Assembly: GCA_026023565.1 (NCBI GenBank)
Contig: JAPETS010000016.1
Coordinates: forward strand, 434,001-498,000
Length of the DNA: 64,000 nucleotides
DNA from: Cirrosporium novae-zelandiae
Taxonomy: Eukaryota
Direction of reading: 5' to 3'
Part shown: one piece after another, positions 27,478-39,202 of the stretch
Numbering within the stretch: the first letter of the stretch is position 1
Layout: each line of letters opens with the position of its first letter
Made by a program: the position numbers and the translations under genes
The notes under the pieces: generated by a model
Database searches by the model: none
The model's input: only the letters and a program-made list of their open reading frames with translations
What the model was told of the DNA's origin: nothing

Positions 27478-29248
27478 TCACTGCTTCGCCTTTTCCTGGA
27501 TATGCCGCAATTGTTCTTCAATGTTCATACTTTGCATCCTATTTGCATCCTTGCTTTCTGGTTGCCCATCATAACTTGCTAGGGCCACCCTCTTCCTCCT
27601 AGCCGCCTCCTCTTCGCTAACAATAGGTTGTCCTGTAGCGGCATCAAAAACATCAGTTCTTTGACTAGCTAATCGCTTCAGGTTAGCCGCCACTTCGCTT
27701 GTAGATAAATTAGTGGTCTGCGCATTTGCTCTTTCCTTCTGCCTTTGGGTTTTCCATCGTGAATCCAGAAGCTCAATCCGTATATGCTCATCGAATTCGT
27801 TGGCAGGAATCGCTTGTTTACAGTTTGGACAGATTTGTGTGTTGGCAGTTTGCCGTTTAACTTGTGCTCGTGGAACATAATCATTTCGTATCCGCATCGG
27901 TTGTGTACCAGGGGCAGCCCTTGCAGCTGCTTGAGCAGCAGCCGCACGTTCTCGCTGGTCGACCCGTTCGCGAATAAGACGTTCTTCCTCCTCTTCGCGC
28001 GCTGTCTTTGCTGGCGGAGGTGGTAACATATTTTGAGCTTGAACTGGGACAGGTGCTCCTGGAAGAAGTGCCATTGGTTGATTGAAATTATTAGGGGTAA
28101 GAGCGGATACCGGGTATTGAGGCTGGGCATGTGTTTGACCATATTGGTCATAATAGATAGCCTGGTCAGTAGGCATAGCTTCTTCGATGCGCATGTTTGA
28201 TGGTTGTAGTGACATCATGGCTTTCTGTTCTAGTGATGCAGATTGAAGGTCGTTCAGTGAAGTAGGGGGTGGTAGATCTGCTTGATCGTCTGCTTCTGTG
28301 AAGAGAACAGTTTCGACGACGACAAAGTCATGCCAATCAATTTCTGCATATGCTCCTGAAATAACATTAGTAAAGAGTCTAAAGATAATCCAAAATGGAA
28401 TCTCCTCACTTTGCTCTCGTTCAGCCTCTTCTTCCTTCTGCTGTTTCTGTTGTTCTTGGTATTGTACCCACTCAGCTCTTTGTCGTGCCCGATCGAGCAT
28501 ATGAAATTTGTCGTTGACATTGTGATCCAGTTCTGCTATTCGTTTCTTCTCGGATTTACCACCGTCCACCCCATTCGAACGTAAAAGCTCTGTATATTGA
28601 TCGACTAGCCGAGTAAAGAATTGATATAAACTATGTTGTGGTCGAAGGAAATCAAACTGGTAATTCCTCGTTTCGCGTTGAGATAGCGCAGTCATAAAAC
28701 TCTTCCCTCTTTCCGCCACAAATAGAGCTGTAAGTTTCACCACTTCGAGATCTTGCGCGTTGATATTTGGCATACGTGCTGAAAAATGGAACTCGGGAGG
28801 CTCTGGCGGTCCTTTAGGCTTCTCCGGTTCTGCTGCTGGTGTTTCTCCAGCTCGACCTGCGGATACAGATGTACCTCGTCCTTCACGTATTTCCTCTAGG
28901 CGCCATTCATAGAAAGGGCCGTAGGGATCAGCCGGGTTAAGGAATGAAAATCTGGGATTGCTTCTTTCTTTTTCGCGTATTCGGTCTATTCAGGACTCGA
29001 TATTAGACATCTTCCCATTCGCACATAATAAGGGACTAACCTTCAAAAACCGGTCCATTCCTAGCGACATACCCGGCAGTCTTCTCCACAATAGCTATAG
29101 GATACTAGTTAGCATGTAGCATCGACATGCGACAAGTTTGGTTCTTACCTCGGATCTCTTTAGGAGGCAAGACAATCCCAGCAGGTGGGTTGTTCACCTC
29201 TTCTGGGAGATCGCTTGAATCTCCATTATGTATATCAGTAGCAGCCAT
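27478..29248 (-). CDS. PRP21: Splicing factor 3a subunit 1 (SF3a120/Prp21/Sap114)
   Basis: SURP1 (IVEKTAGYVARNGPVFE..RFSFLNPADPY), SURP2 (VVKLTALFVAERG..QFDFLRPQHSLY), AYAEIDWHDFVVVETV, CPNC..EHIRIELLD. Three introns. Confidence 0.95.
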
Positions 29249-29628
29249 TGTAGATGTGACAATTAAAGGCGACAGATATATAGTTCAGTTTGTGTAAGCT
29301 GATGGAGAGGATGAAGAACCGCAAGTTTAATGGAGCTTAAGTGTCTAACATGGTCCGTGCGACAACCCTAGATCTAAGATCTTCAATATAATTCCTAACA
29401 ACGTAATTTTCTATAGCCCTACAACCTGGCAACTACAAGATACTTTCCTTCATCATTTCACCTCTACTTCTTGCATTTGTACAGTATATAGTATTCTTTA
29501 GAGTATCATTTCATGATGTGTATATTTCATGAGAACAGGCCGTTGAGAGTCCCTTAACTCCACGTCAGTATCGCAGCTTTTATATCTCCACGACCGAAGC
29601 GGCATGTGGACAAAACAATAAATTATCA

Positions 29629-30705
29629 TCATATATCAACGGCCTGTAAAGCCATTGTCTTCACTCCCTCGAATGTTTTGTTTCCTCCAATAAATCCACT
29701 AGCATGAACGAAAACACAGCCTTCTATCCCAGTAACTTTATCCAGGTCTTCATCTCGTACCCCTCTCCATTTCTCAGGAAGCGGCTTCCGGCTTTGGAAA
29801 CTATCTTTAGTAACACTTACAGCCTGAATTCTCCATTTAGCACCCTCCTGCGGCCCCTCTGGATACAGGACATAAAGTACTTTTTCTGCATCAGTGGTTC
29901 CACTAGCTTCTTCCACTGTGTAGAGATGGTCTTTCCAAGGTAGTGATCGAGGCAGTACCATTATCCGACCTTGGGGATCAATGTCCCGTCGAGTTTCGAA
30001 AACTTTATATACGCCAGCCCGGGCTGGTAGCCATGCCTGATGGTAATAATCCAATTTCCGTAAGAAAACAGTACCCATAAGGTTCGATGCCTCCAGGAAC
30101 CTTTTATCTTCCTCCTGCTGTAATTCTTCTCGAGAAACATTTTTGTCTGTTGACTCACTCTGATTGCTATTGATATCTCCTACCAGACTTCCAAGATTGA
30201 TTCCTGAGTCATTGAACCGTTTCTGTAGTCCTTGTGTCTGTGCGGGATCATAGACACTTATACCATTATCGTTTGCATCTAATGCTTCGATAAATCCCGA
30301 ATAGATCTTCTCATATAACAACTTGATATCCTCATTATCCTCTTTGAGACCTGTCCTTTGAGCTATGATATCTTTCCCAAAGTGCATGTAAACTAGACCA
30401 GCCGAAGAAAGCTTTGTAGCATGGTTTGGGAAAGTAGTGGTGAAAGTTCGCATATGATGATCGTAGCGATTGTTTGTAGGGGAATATTCTCCACCAACAT
30501 CAACAACAATCTGACATGTCTCAAGAAGAGTAGGATCACGTGTACGGATCAAGGTGGATTCTCGGTATGAAGGAAGAAGTCGGAGCAGATAGACGGCAAG
30601 AGCCTCATCAGCATGAAAATGACCGTTGTGGGTGCCAATTTTCGGAGGTTCAATTTTGAGTCGTTTTGCTGTTTGTTCTACCATCTTAAAGACAGCGCGT
30701 AGCAT
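29629..30705 (-). CDS. MYG1: MYG1 / UPF0160 metal-dependent RNA exonuclease
   Basis: IGTHNGHFHADEALA, VVDVGG, RYDHH, KLSSAGLVY, DANDNGI, FVHASGFIGG. Confidence 0.95.
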   Translation of the reverse strand: MLRAVFKMVEQTAKRLKIEPPKIGTHNGHFHADEALAVYLLRLLPSYRESTLIRTRDPTLLETCQIVVDVGGEYSPTNNRYDHHMRTFTTTFPNHATKLSSAGLVYMHFGKDIIAQRTGLKEDNEDIKLLYEKIYSGFIEALDANDNGISVYDPAQTQGLQKRFNDSGINLGSLVGDINSNQSESTDKNVSREELQQEEDKRFLEASNLMGTVFLRKLDYYHQAWLPARAGVYKVFETRRDIDPQGRIMVLPRSLPWKDHLYTVEEASGTTDAEKVLYVLYPEGPQEGAKWRIQAVSVTKDSFQSRKPLPEKWRGVRDEDLDKVTGIEGCVFVHASGFIGGNKTFEGVKTMALQAVDI

Positions 30706-31607
30706 CCATATATGAAAAATGAGGTGTTAATCGGAAGTTTGATGCGTTGTCTGTGTTGGATTGGTGGAGTGTAAAAATCAATTGTCATAGTTCGAATCAA
30801 ATTCCATGATTAAATTTCAAAAGGGAACTTATCGAAAGATTCGGCTCAAAAGTTCAGTCCTAATTGGGCCTAGTGTGGGATCTGAGAATTCCTGAGAATT
30901 TCTGAGAATTATAACGACAATTGGGTGGTTGTGGGTTGGTTGGTGGTCGTGGATTTTGGCTACATGTGATCTGGCTTGTTTCTGAGAGGCCGAGCACCCA
31001 CCAACAAATCCCCCAGAAAGTCCCAAAAGTTCCAGAAATCATCCCCAAATTCTCTAGATCAGATTATTCTGAGGGTCCCCTTTTCTTATTTATTAAATTC
31101 TATACAGATACAGCAACCATCCTACAAGGATCCTCGACCAGACTACCCGAACACAACATCCTAGATTGCACGCGACCTGAATGATCCTCTCCCCCCCTCC
31201 AATAGTTTAGCCCCCAAGTTTGTTACTTCCATATTCTTCTTTTCTCCAGACCAAGAAACAAAGGCTTCATACATCCCTCCAAACTTGAGATCAACCTTGT
31301 ACGCTAGCAAAAGAGCAAACAGCATCTTCAAACTGACCGCCGATAAACCCTTGGAGAAACTAAAATACCACGTCTTCTACTTCATGAGTAACATCTCAAG
31401 AAATCAAAACTTGGTTTACCTTATGTTGCAACATCTCCAACCTCATCTGCTACGTGACATCAGACTCTCAAAGGCCTGACTTGGGGAGCCTGCGACAACC
31501 TTCCATCCTTCAGCGCAGCAGGCGCATCAGCGCTCATTTAGCAACCTCCAAACTTCATACAAATAATATATTTCATTTACTGCAAATAGCTACTGACCAC
31601 CGCCTCC

Positions 31608-32982
31608 ATGTGGATCCTACGAGTTCTCTCTTCCATTTTCTTTCTCTTCGCCATAATCCTCACCATTCCCATCGCCTTCGACGTGGGGGGAAAGACCTGC
31701 GGCTTGGCTTTCTCCCTCTCTCTCGCTATATTTTACTTCTTTTATTCGCTCCTTCGACTAGTAACGCCAGACCGTTCGCGCTATCGTTACGGACTGTTGC
31801 AAGCCTTTTCCTTGGTACAATGGGTATTACTACCCTCCTTGCTGATATGGGCTTTGGGGCATTTCGCCGTGGATGCAGATAATAGTAGTGGTTGGGTGGA
31901 AAGAACATTCGGTGGAAAGAGAGCGGATTTCACATCAGTTCAAGAATGGATATTTGGTTCCGAGGGGTTGGTGGAATCTTTCAGCATCACATCCTGGGAC
32001 AAGGTTCTCCATTGGTCTACTCCAGTATTCCAACTTACGGAAGGGTTCTGTAGTCTTCTCGTTATTCAAGCTGCAGGGCAATTTACAAGATATCTTGTCA
32101 ATAGTGATGGAAGAAGTGATAGCTGGATGGTAAGTTGGGATCAAATCAAATGACATTTTATGAAACTAATCTGGCTTCTAGATTGGATTACTGGTCCTAT
32201 CAGCATCAATTATTTCGAGCTCCATCTACTTCCTCATCCGTGTTATTCAATTTCCCGACATCAGCAATGTTGACTCCACCTTGATTGGTGTTGCAATAAC
32301 CTGTGCCGTTTTTCTATGTGCCTGGGGTATTGGTAGTGGCCGAGGTAATCCTGTCGAGAGCTCTCTACTTTTTGCCTACATCGTCCTATGCATATACCAG
32401 ATTTTCACAGACTATCAACCATCTCACCCAACTGAGCCGACACCTCCAGCAGCAGAAGCAGCAGAATTTCCGCCTTTCCCTCCTATCATCATGGCATCCT
32501 ATACAACTTTAATTCATGCGCTTTCGACCCTTCCTTCCGCCATCCTTGGCTCCTTCAATTTCATCGCAGCTGCACTCAACACCGTCACTCCTTCAGTACT
32601 AATTTCTTTAACCTACCGCCTCTTCGTCCTCTACGCTGCAACCAGGATCATTCCTGCGATTCGAGAATCAGGCGCCCGTGCTCTCTCACAGGAACCTTCG
32701 CTTGAAGACTCTGATGGTGCAGGTCGCTTCCTTGGGCTATTAAGTTACTTTAGTCCTTCTATTTTAATTGCTGTTTATACAAACCTTTTGTTGCAACATT
32801 TTTCGACGACAAATGGAGAAAGTGTCCAGGACTGGTGGATTCTACAAGGGGGCGCCAATGCGGGAGGAAGCTTTTGGAAATGGATCAATCTGGCAGGAAC
32901 AATGATCTTGTATGCCGTTGAACTGTATATCGGTACAGATGATGATGATATAAACTTGACCAGTCATTGGAAAGAAGACTGA
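31608..32982 (+). CDS. ICE2: ER membrane protein Ice2
   Basis: ILTIPIAFDVGG..CGLAFSLSL, STPVFQLTEGF, GIGSGRGNPVESSLLFAY. Multi-pass membrane protein with one intron at about 32130-32181. Confidence 0.9.
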
Positions 32983-35194
32983 AGACAGATGGGCAAGGGT
33001 CGCTTAGGACGCTAACTCTATTCTGGACCTTGAATATGTGACAGATGGCAACTTCGCTTCGCTGAAGCACATGGCCGTTTGCCCATTCAATGTCTTGCTA
33101 ATTGCTACTTTGCGTCATCTTATCCTCCATGGTCTCCCGGCTTGAATGAAGAAGTACGTACTAATGATAGCCTCCCGTGAATCGGACTGCAATGTGGAAG
33201 TAATCTTTATTGAAGCTTTTAAGAAGCCTTCTGAGCTACATTACTATGACAGAAGATGGGGATTGCATAGATTAATCCCTGTACTAGGGGAAGATGCCGA
33301 GACCTGGAGAGAGTAAAGCAGAAGGACTGGCGCATGATGGGAGGGTAGGAGGGGGGAAAGCCGATGGTTGTTCGAACAAAGAAAGTGGTTGGGTATCTGA
33401 AAGTCAGTTCCCACCCTTGGCCTCTTCAGATGAAGTCAGAAAGATAGTAGGGACTGAGAGGGGAAAGGGGGGGGAGGGGGGGATTTGGGGCTGATGCCGT
33501 TGATACCATGTTCTCGGTTTGTTACCCATTATTAAGTCAGGTGTGACAAAACTAGTAGCCTGTAAATGACATCACGTATACTTACTATTCTGCGAATTAT
33601 ATCTTGAAATTAGAACCTTTTGAACCGAATACATGCACTAAATCTACTCTACCGTGTCTACCTTTGTTTTTTTTCATTATTGTACCGTGTTAAACCCTGT
33701 CGTGATTAATCGGATGTGTCCTGTATCAAAGTAGAGTGCGGCGGAGGTGGTGTAGGTGGTGATAATTGTTGAATTTGTGGCAGACCAACGAGAACGCAAG
33801 TACTACTCTGAATTATTATTAGATACTGTGGCTTCTTTCCAACCATTTTCCTGTTTTTTTTTTTTAAAATTCAACATTTCCATTCGGTCTACTAATTAAT
33901 AACTCCCTACATATGCAACGTAGAGATAGATAGATCATCGTGACCATCCATCTACCTATCTAGGTGACCTATCTTCATGTCACCATATAGTGGCTGTAAT
34001 CTAGGAAAAAGCAAAAAAAGGTAGGATCTTAACACGATATTGCAGAGAGAAAATAAAAAGCCTATTCTCCTCCAATAAAGGGGCTTCATTTTAAATCTCC
34101 TTGTTGAAGTAGTTGGCATGGGGCTTTTGATTCCTGTTTGTTTGGAAGGCTAGATAGGCTGTCCAGATTTATTTACCATAGTCTCAATGTGGCGAGTAAG
34201 CAGCGGAAATTATTATCATTAAAGAAACCGGTAATCTTGGATTTAATACTATATCCTAATATTTAGGTCGGGTCGCCATAGCATCGGATTGTATTACAAT
34301 TACACATACACTCGTGGTTGACCTTGAAATTGATAGCCTAAAGGTGGGCTCAAGAAGTAATGATAGGCTGGAGTTCTCTAGCTCCGCATTGTTGCGATGC
34401 TGTGGAAGGTGGCATTGCATGTATTCCGAATCTGGAAAGTGTTGGCATATCTCTCGAACCTTGTAATGATTTTACAGAGACAGACCAAATTAATACCTTT
34501 GATGGTTTCAATACTCCAGCAGTAGAAAAGGCGTTGCCCTTAATACTGTACATATCAATTAAACCGTCCAAATTTCTGAGAAAACCTGTCCCTGAAGGAT
34601 AGGTGTGGTGCCATGCCATGAAAGGGATTCCTAGGTTAATATATAACGATGACAGACTAGTGGGCAAATTGGAACTGAGGATCAAGGGGACCAACAACCA
34701 TGTCATATAAGTCAATAATATCGTAACATCAATCCTCATCTAGGTTATGTCATTAGTATAGATTAGTAGGTATCAATACCTGAATAAAAGAGAGGCAGCA
34801 ACGATTGAAAAATCCGAACACACCCACGTCCTTGAAAAGAGCAGGTTTGAATTATACTTCACCGGGATTGTAAAACAACGTGCTAGAAGAAGCAGTTATC
34901 ATGACTATGTTTCTGCGATTAATGTTTGATATATATTTTGTGCCTGTGCTTTCTCCCGCTTTTAGAAGACTCTTCCCTCTTCTTGGTTTGTAGTGCCTAG
35001 AATCACTTTGTTCGAACTATTGTAGTAGCAAGATGAGGAGAAAAAAGTTGAATTTTCGAATTGTTTCTAGGATGACCTCTAGTTTTTCATATCTATGCCA
35101 AGCTTCAACGAAAACCTAGCCAAGGCCTACCCCACTATCAAAATTTGTCTTTAATATTCTTTAATATTGCCTTTCCTCATAACCAATTACAACA

Positions 35195-35273
35195 TCCAAA
35201 CTGGTGTAGCGGTAACATACGTCGCTCTCATAGAAGTGCCGACGTGCCCAGGGTTCGACTCCCTGGTTTGGAA
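35195..35273 (+). tRNA. tRNA-Glu(CTC) with a short (about 8 nt) intron
   Basis: Acceptor TCCAAAC/GTTTGGA, D arm GTGT..ACAT, anticodon stem CGTCG/CGACG with loop CT-CTC-A[tagaagtg]C, T arm CAGGG-TTCGACT-CCCTG, followed by a T-run Pol III terminator. Confidence 0.92.
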
Positions 35274-35796
35274 TTATCTTTTTTTTTTGCATCTTCATAA
35301 AAGTGAAAATGTTGTAGGCTAGGCTTTTAGTGAGTGCAAGGGAATAAATAGGATAATAATACATGTGAATGAAAAATAATATCCGCTCTTTTTCTAAGAT
35401 AGAGAATATCCATCTAGTAAAAGCCTTAAGACATTTTTTAAATAATCAACTATTTATTTATAAAAAGTTTACGACTATGTCCACGTACAATGAAAATGAA
35501 TGGGTTTAGGTCTCGGGCATTGCCGCGGCTAAAGCATGTACCCACGTCTGGCCCAGGCAGGCAGCTACCTAAATTGATCGGCGTCATGGGAGAGCGCAAA
35601 TCGGATGAAACCTGTACTCTACTTTCAACGAGGGAATAAACCACGCGGAGAAGGAGCATGACAGCTCCTTTCTCATAACATTCTCCCCCCTCCACGTACA
35701 ACAACCCTTGCTTCCTAGAATCGAAGCTATCTTGTCTGTGATGGCTTGAGATTTCCGGGTAGAGACTACAGCCTGAAACGACAATCACTCGTTACA

Positions 35797-37431
35797 ATGT
35801 GGTTATTACTCCTCGCCTCCCTCTTGGCTGGGACCTTCTCTCTCTTCTTCTTCTCCCACCTGCCGGTTCTTTATGTCGGTCGATTGCTAGGGGATCGTCT
35901 CCGCTCGAGAGATATTGATAGGCGAGAACAGGAAATTACTCGTATTAGAGCAGTGGATGAAGAATGCCAAGCCCAGAAAAGAAGTTCCACTAAGGGCGAA
36001 GAAGATGATGAATGGGAAAAGGTGGAAACATATGCTGCTGGTACAGCAAAGAATGGAGGCAAAGCAGAGCCTGAGTTTGAAGGTATCTTCGGTTTCTTCC
36101 ATCCCTCCTGTCACGGTCGTGGTGGTGGGGAGCGAGTGCTTTGGGAGGCTATCAAGGCTATCCAACAACGTTGGCCTAGGGCGATTTCCGCCGTCTACAC
36201 CGATGACCATGTAGACAAAATGACTATTCTCGAAAGTGCTGAAAAGAACTTTAATGTTCCATTGCACCATCCAACAATCATCTTCCGTTTCCTACACACC
36301 TGCGAATTCCTTGAAGCTAGTAGATGGAAACATCTCACTTTACTTGGACAGTCACTAGGCTCATTAATTCCTGCCAATGAGGGGTTTCACCTGCTTATTC
36401 CAGATATCTTCATTGAGACTTGCAACAACAACTTTACTCTAGCGCTTTCAAAATTATATTTTCCAGATATGCCAACAGCTACATATACTCACTATCCGAC
36501 CATATCCACGGACATGTTGGGCTCCTTGGATTCGGAGAAGGCAGGAGGTCGAGGTGTAAATGCTGGCCTTGGAAAAGGTTGGAAAGGTATAATGAAGAAA
36601 CGCTACTGGCTCTTGTTTGCCCAACTCTACGGTTGGGTTGGTTCTAACGCCGACATTGTTATGGTCAATTCTTCCTGGACTCGTAATCACATTCAATCGC
36701 TCTGGGCTGCCTCCCGCTCTAAATGGCCTATTCCCCAATCCATCAACGTCCTTTATCCCCCGGTCAATTTTGCTGAACTGGAATCTGCTATTGAGATTTC
36801 CGATTCCGTTGAATTCTCTCGTGAACCAATTCTTCTCTATATAGCACAATTTAGACCCGAGAAAAACCATAGTCTCCTTCTCCATGCCTTTGCACGGCTT
36901 CTCCGTCCTCAGGGCGAAGATTCCCCAGAGCAACCTCCTCAAATCGCCAATGCTAAACTTGTCCTCCTCGGGTCTGTTCGTGAACAAGACGAAAAAGGAG
37001 TATATTCTCTTCGTCTTCTTGCCCGCGATCTAAACATCAACTCTTCAGTCGAATTTGTATGCAATGCGCCCTGGCAGGATAAGAATCGTTGGCTTCGACG
37101 TGCTTCTATCGGTGTAAGCGGCATGTGGTGTGAACATTTCGGAATTAATGTCGTAGAATATCAAGCCGCTGGTCTCATCAGCATTGTCAACGACAGCGGT
37201 GGCCCAAAAGAGGACATTGTAATTGATTACCATGGAGGTCCTACCGGGTATAAGGCCAGTACCGAGGAAGAGTATGCAGAAGCATTCAAGAAGGCCTTGA
37301 TGCTACCAAAGAAGGACAAGGTCGCAATGAGAAAGAGAGCGAGAGAGAGCGCCAAGCGGTTTATGGATACAGAATTTGATACCAGATGGATTAAACATAT
37401 GGAGGAGTTGATTGGGATGCTGAAGAGGTGA
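35797..37431 (+). CDS. ALG11: GDP-Man alpha-1,2-mannosyltransferase ALG11-like (GT4), divergent
   Basis: N-terminal TM, FFHP..GGGERVLW, TLLGQSLGS, HYPTISTDML, NSSWT, AQFRPEKNH, EHFGINVVEY (EX7E), SGGP. Intronless. Confidence 0.88.
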   Translation: MWLLLLASLLAGTFSLFFFSHLPVLYVGRLLGDRLRSRDIDRREQEITRIRAVDEECQAQKRSSTKGEEDDEWEKVETYAAGTAKNGGKAEPEFEGIFGFFHPSCHGRGGGERVLWEAIKAIQQRWPRAISAVYTDDHVDKMTILESAEKNFNVPLHHPTIIFRFLHTCEFLEASRWKHLTLLGQSLGSLIPANEGFHLLIPDIFIETCNNNFTLALSKLYFPDMPTATYTHYPTISTDMLGSLDSEKAGGRGVNAGLGKGWKGIMKKRYWLLFAQLYGWVGSNADIVMVNSSWTRNHIQSLWAASRSKWPIPQSINVLYPPVNFAELESAIEISDSVEFSREPILLYIAQFRPEKNHSLLLHAFARLLRPQGEDSPEQPPQIANAKLVLLGSVREQDEKGVYSLRLLARDLNINSSVEFVCNAPWQDKNRWLRRASIGVSGMWCEHFGINVVEYQAAGLISIVNDSGGPKEDIVIDYHGGPTGYKASTEEEYAEAFKKALMLPKKDKVAMRKRARESAKRFMDTEFDTRWIKHMEELIGMLKR

Positions 37432-38269
37432 CGAGAGGTAAAGCGTTTTCTATAAGAAATTACCCGAATAATATAAATGGTGGTTGGCAGAAGCACAACT
37501 GTTCAAGGAACTGGATGATACGTTTATAGAGCCTTCGTGTTTAGCATTCAACTTAAATACTTCCATTTGAAGCTATAAATCATGCTATACTATTCCGCAA
37601 CGCCCCCTTGCTATGCTAAACTTCAGTCCGCACGCATCACTAGTCTAGTTTAACTACCTATTTTCTCAGATCAAGCTGTACAACCTTTTGACAAACCTGG
37701 CTTATTGCTTTGCTTCAGTAGTGTTGAATAATTTAGGTGGGTTTCGAGCTCGACTAACTACGCCATAGGAAAAAAAGGGGGGCTTAGGCGAAGAAATCGA
37801 TGGGCGACATCATGATTCACGGGTGAATCACAGAATTATATAAAGGTATGATTGATTTAATAAATAAATATATAATATATATCAATCAGAGGTTTCTAAG
37901 GAAGTTATGGTGGTGATTTCCATCAGGTTTCCCCTAAACCTCACCAGCAATATTGTCGAAAACCAAAGTTCAAAACGACTAATTAAGTCCCTCAAATGAT
38001 ACAATCAGCTTTTGAAAATTGGACGTGCAGCAATAATTATATTCTTCCTGAGGGGTGGTTACTGTACTGTAATTATATAAAATCCGGAAAAATCAAAATC
38101 CTGAAGGTGGCACGACAAGTTTTTGAACTCCAGACTCACAATGTCTTGTCTTATCTTCACGTGATTTTTTATCTAATCTAAAATGCTAAACTCCAACGCT
38201 TTTAATTAAACCTCCCCCCACCAACCTCAATCACAAAAATTCCCCCCCCCTTATCTAATAATTTGTATT

Positions 38270-38401
38270 TTTATAGACCAAATAGACTTTGAGCAATTAG
38301 GGTCCTAGTCGGTCTATCTATCAAAAAGCTTAATTTGGATCGGTCTAAGGTCTATAGGTTAGACTATCTATTTGGTCCTAATTAGTCTATTCACAACCCT
38401 T
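38270..38401. mobile_element. Transition-mutated terminal fragment of a DNA transposon (hAT/MITE-like)
   Basis: Dense TAGAC/GTCTA/GGTCC subterminal repeats ending in TTCACAACCCTT, the reverse complement of a CAGGGTTGTGAA-type terminus. The pattern fits C>T and G>A decay of GGACCG repeats. The partner end was not found. Confidence 0.55.
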
Positions 38402-39202
38402 GCCAAGCATACGGGCATTTGAGCTAAAATAATATATAGTTATTAGTTCTTCTTAAACCCTTTTCTAGTCATGAAACAAATTTGGGTTTCAAATTCGGAG
38501 CTTTTAGATACTATAGGGAATCAAATATTTAGGTGTATATGCAGTCAATAAATGAGCAAATAAGGTGCTATGTGCTATGTGCCATGCGCGGGTGCGATGC
38601 AGAATGGGGTAGGTAGGTAGGCCGAGTTTATGATATTATGGGAATGCAAGAGAAGAAGGTGTCCTATATTGGTTTTTGGTTTAGGTGGCGGGAGTGTTCG
38701 TTGGCTTGTCTCTAATAAGGTGGTTCAAAAATATACCGCACTTGAGAGATGCGTCTATAAAGAGAATCGTCATGCCCTTGGATTTAGTTTGTTTAGGAAT
38801 GTATAGGCTGTGAAGTCTGGAAATGGAGTGAATCTGGAAATGGAGTGAATACGGGAAGGAAGCAGGGGCCACTTTGGGCAGAGACTCTCTCCTAAACTCT
38901 TGAATACAAAAAAAAACTAGTCTTCGGGTTAGCTATATCATATGAAAACCTCCTAAGGTTTTCGGAGAAGAAAAGATAGCGAGACGAAGGTGAATAAAAA
39001 GCCAGCCTGGCCATTTCGCTTCAACATACCTAAATCCTCAATTGATTACAAGAGAGAAAAATCATAAAGTTGAATTAAGTTGGCTTGTTCAGTTCTTGGG
39101 TGCGAAAAAAAAAGAAGGGCCGAGTGTACTTAAATTTCTATTGCCCCCCTCCTTCTCACTTCTTCTTCATTATTCTTACAGCCGACATTAGAACAACGCA
39201 AA

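Noticed and set aside
34350..34739. 129-aa minus-strand ORF and overlapping plus ORF between ICE2 and tRNA-Glu
   Set aside because: No family features or convincing gene structure.
37429..37455. Possible stop-codon readthrough after ALG11 (TGA CGA...) and other genes
   Set aside because: No TGA-CTA context and no PTS1 in the extension; none of the stops I inspected showed the readthrough motif.
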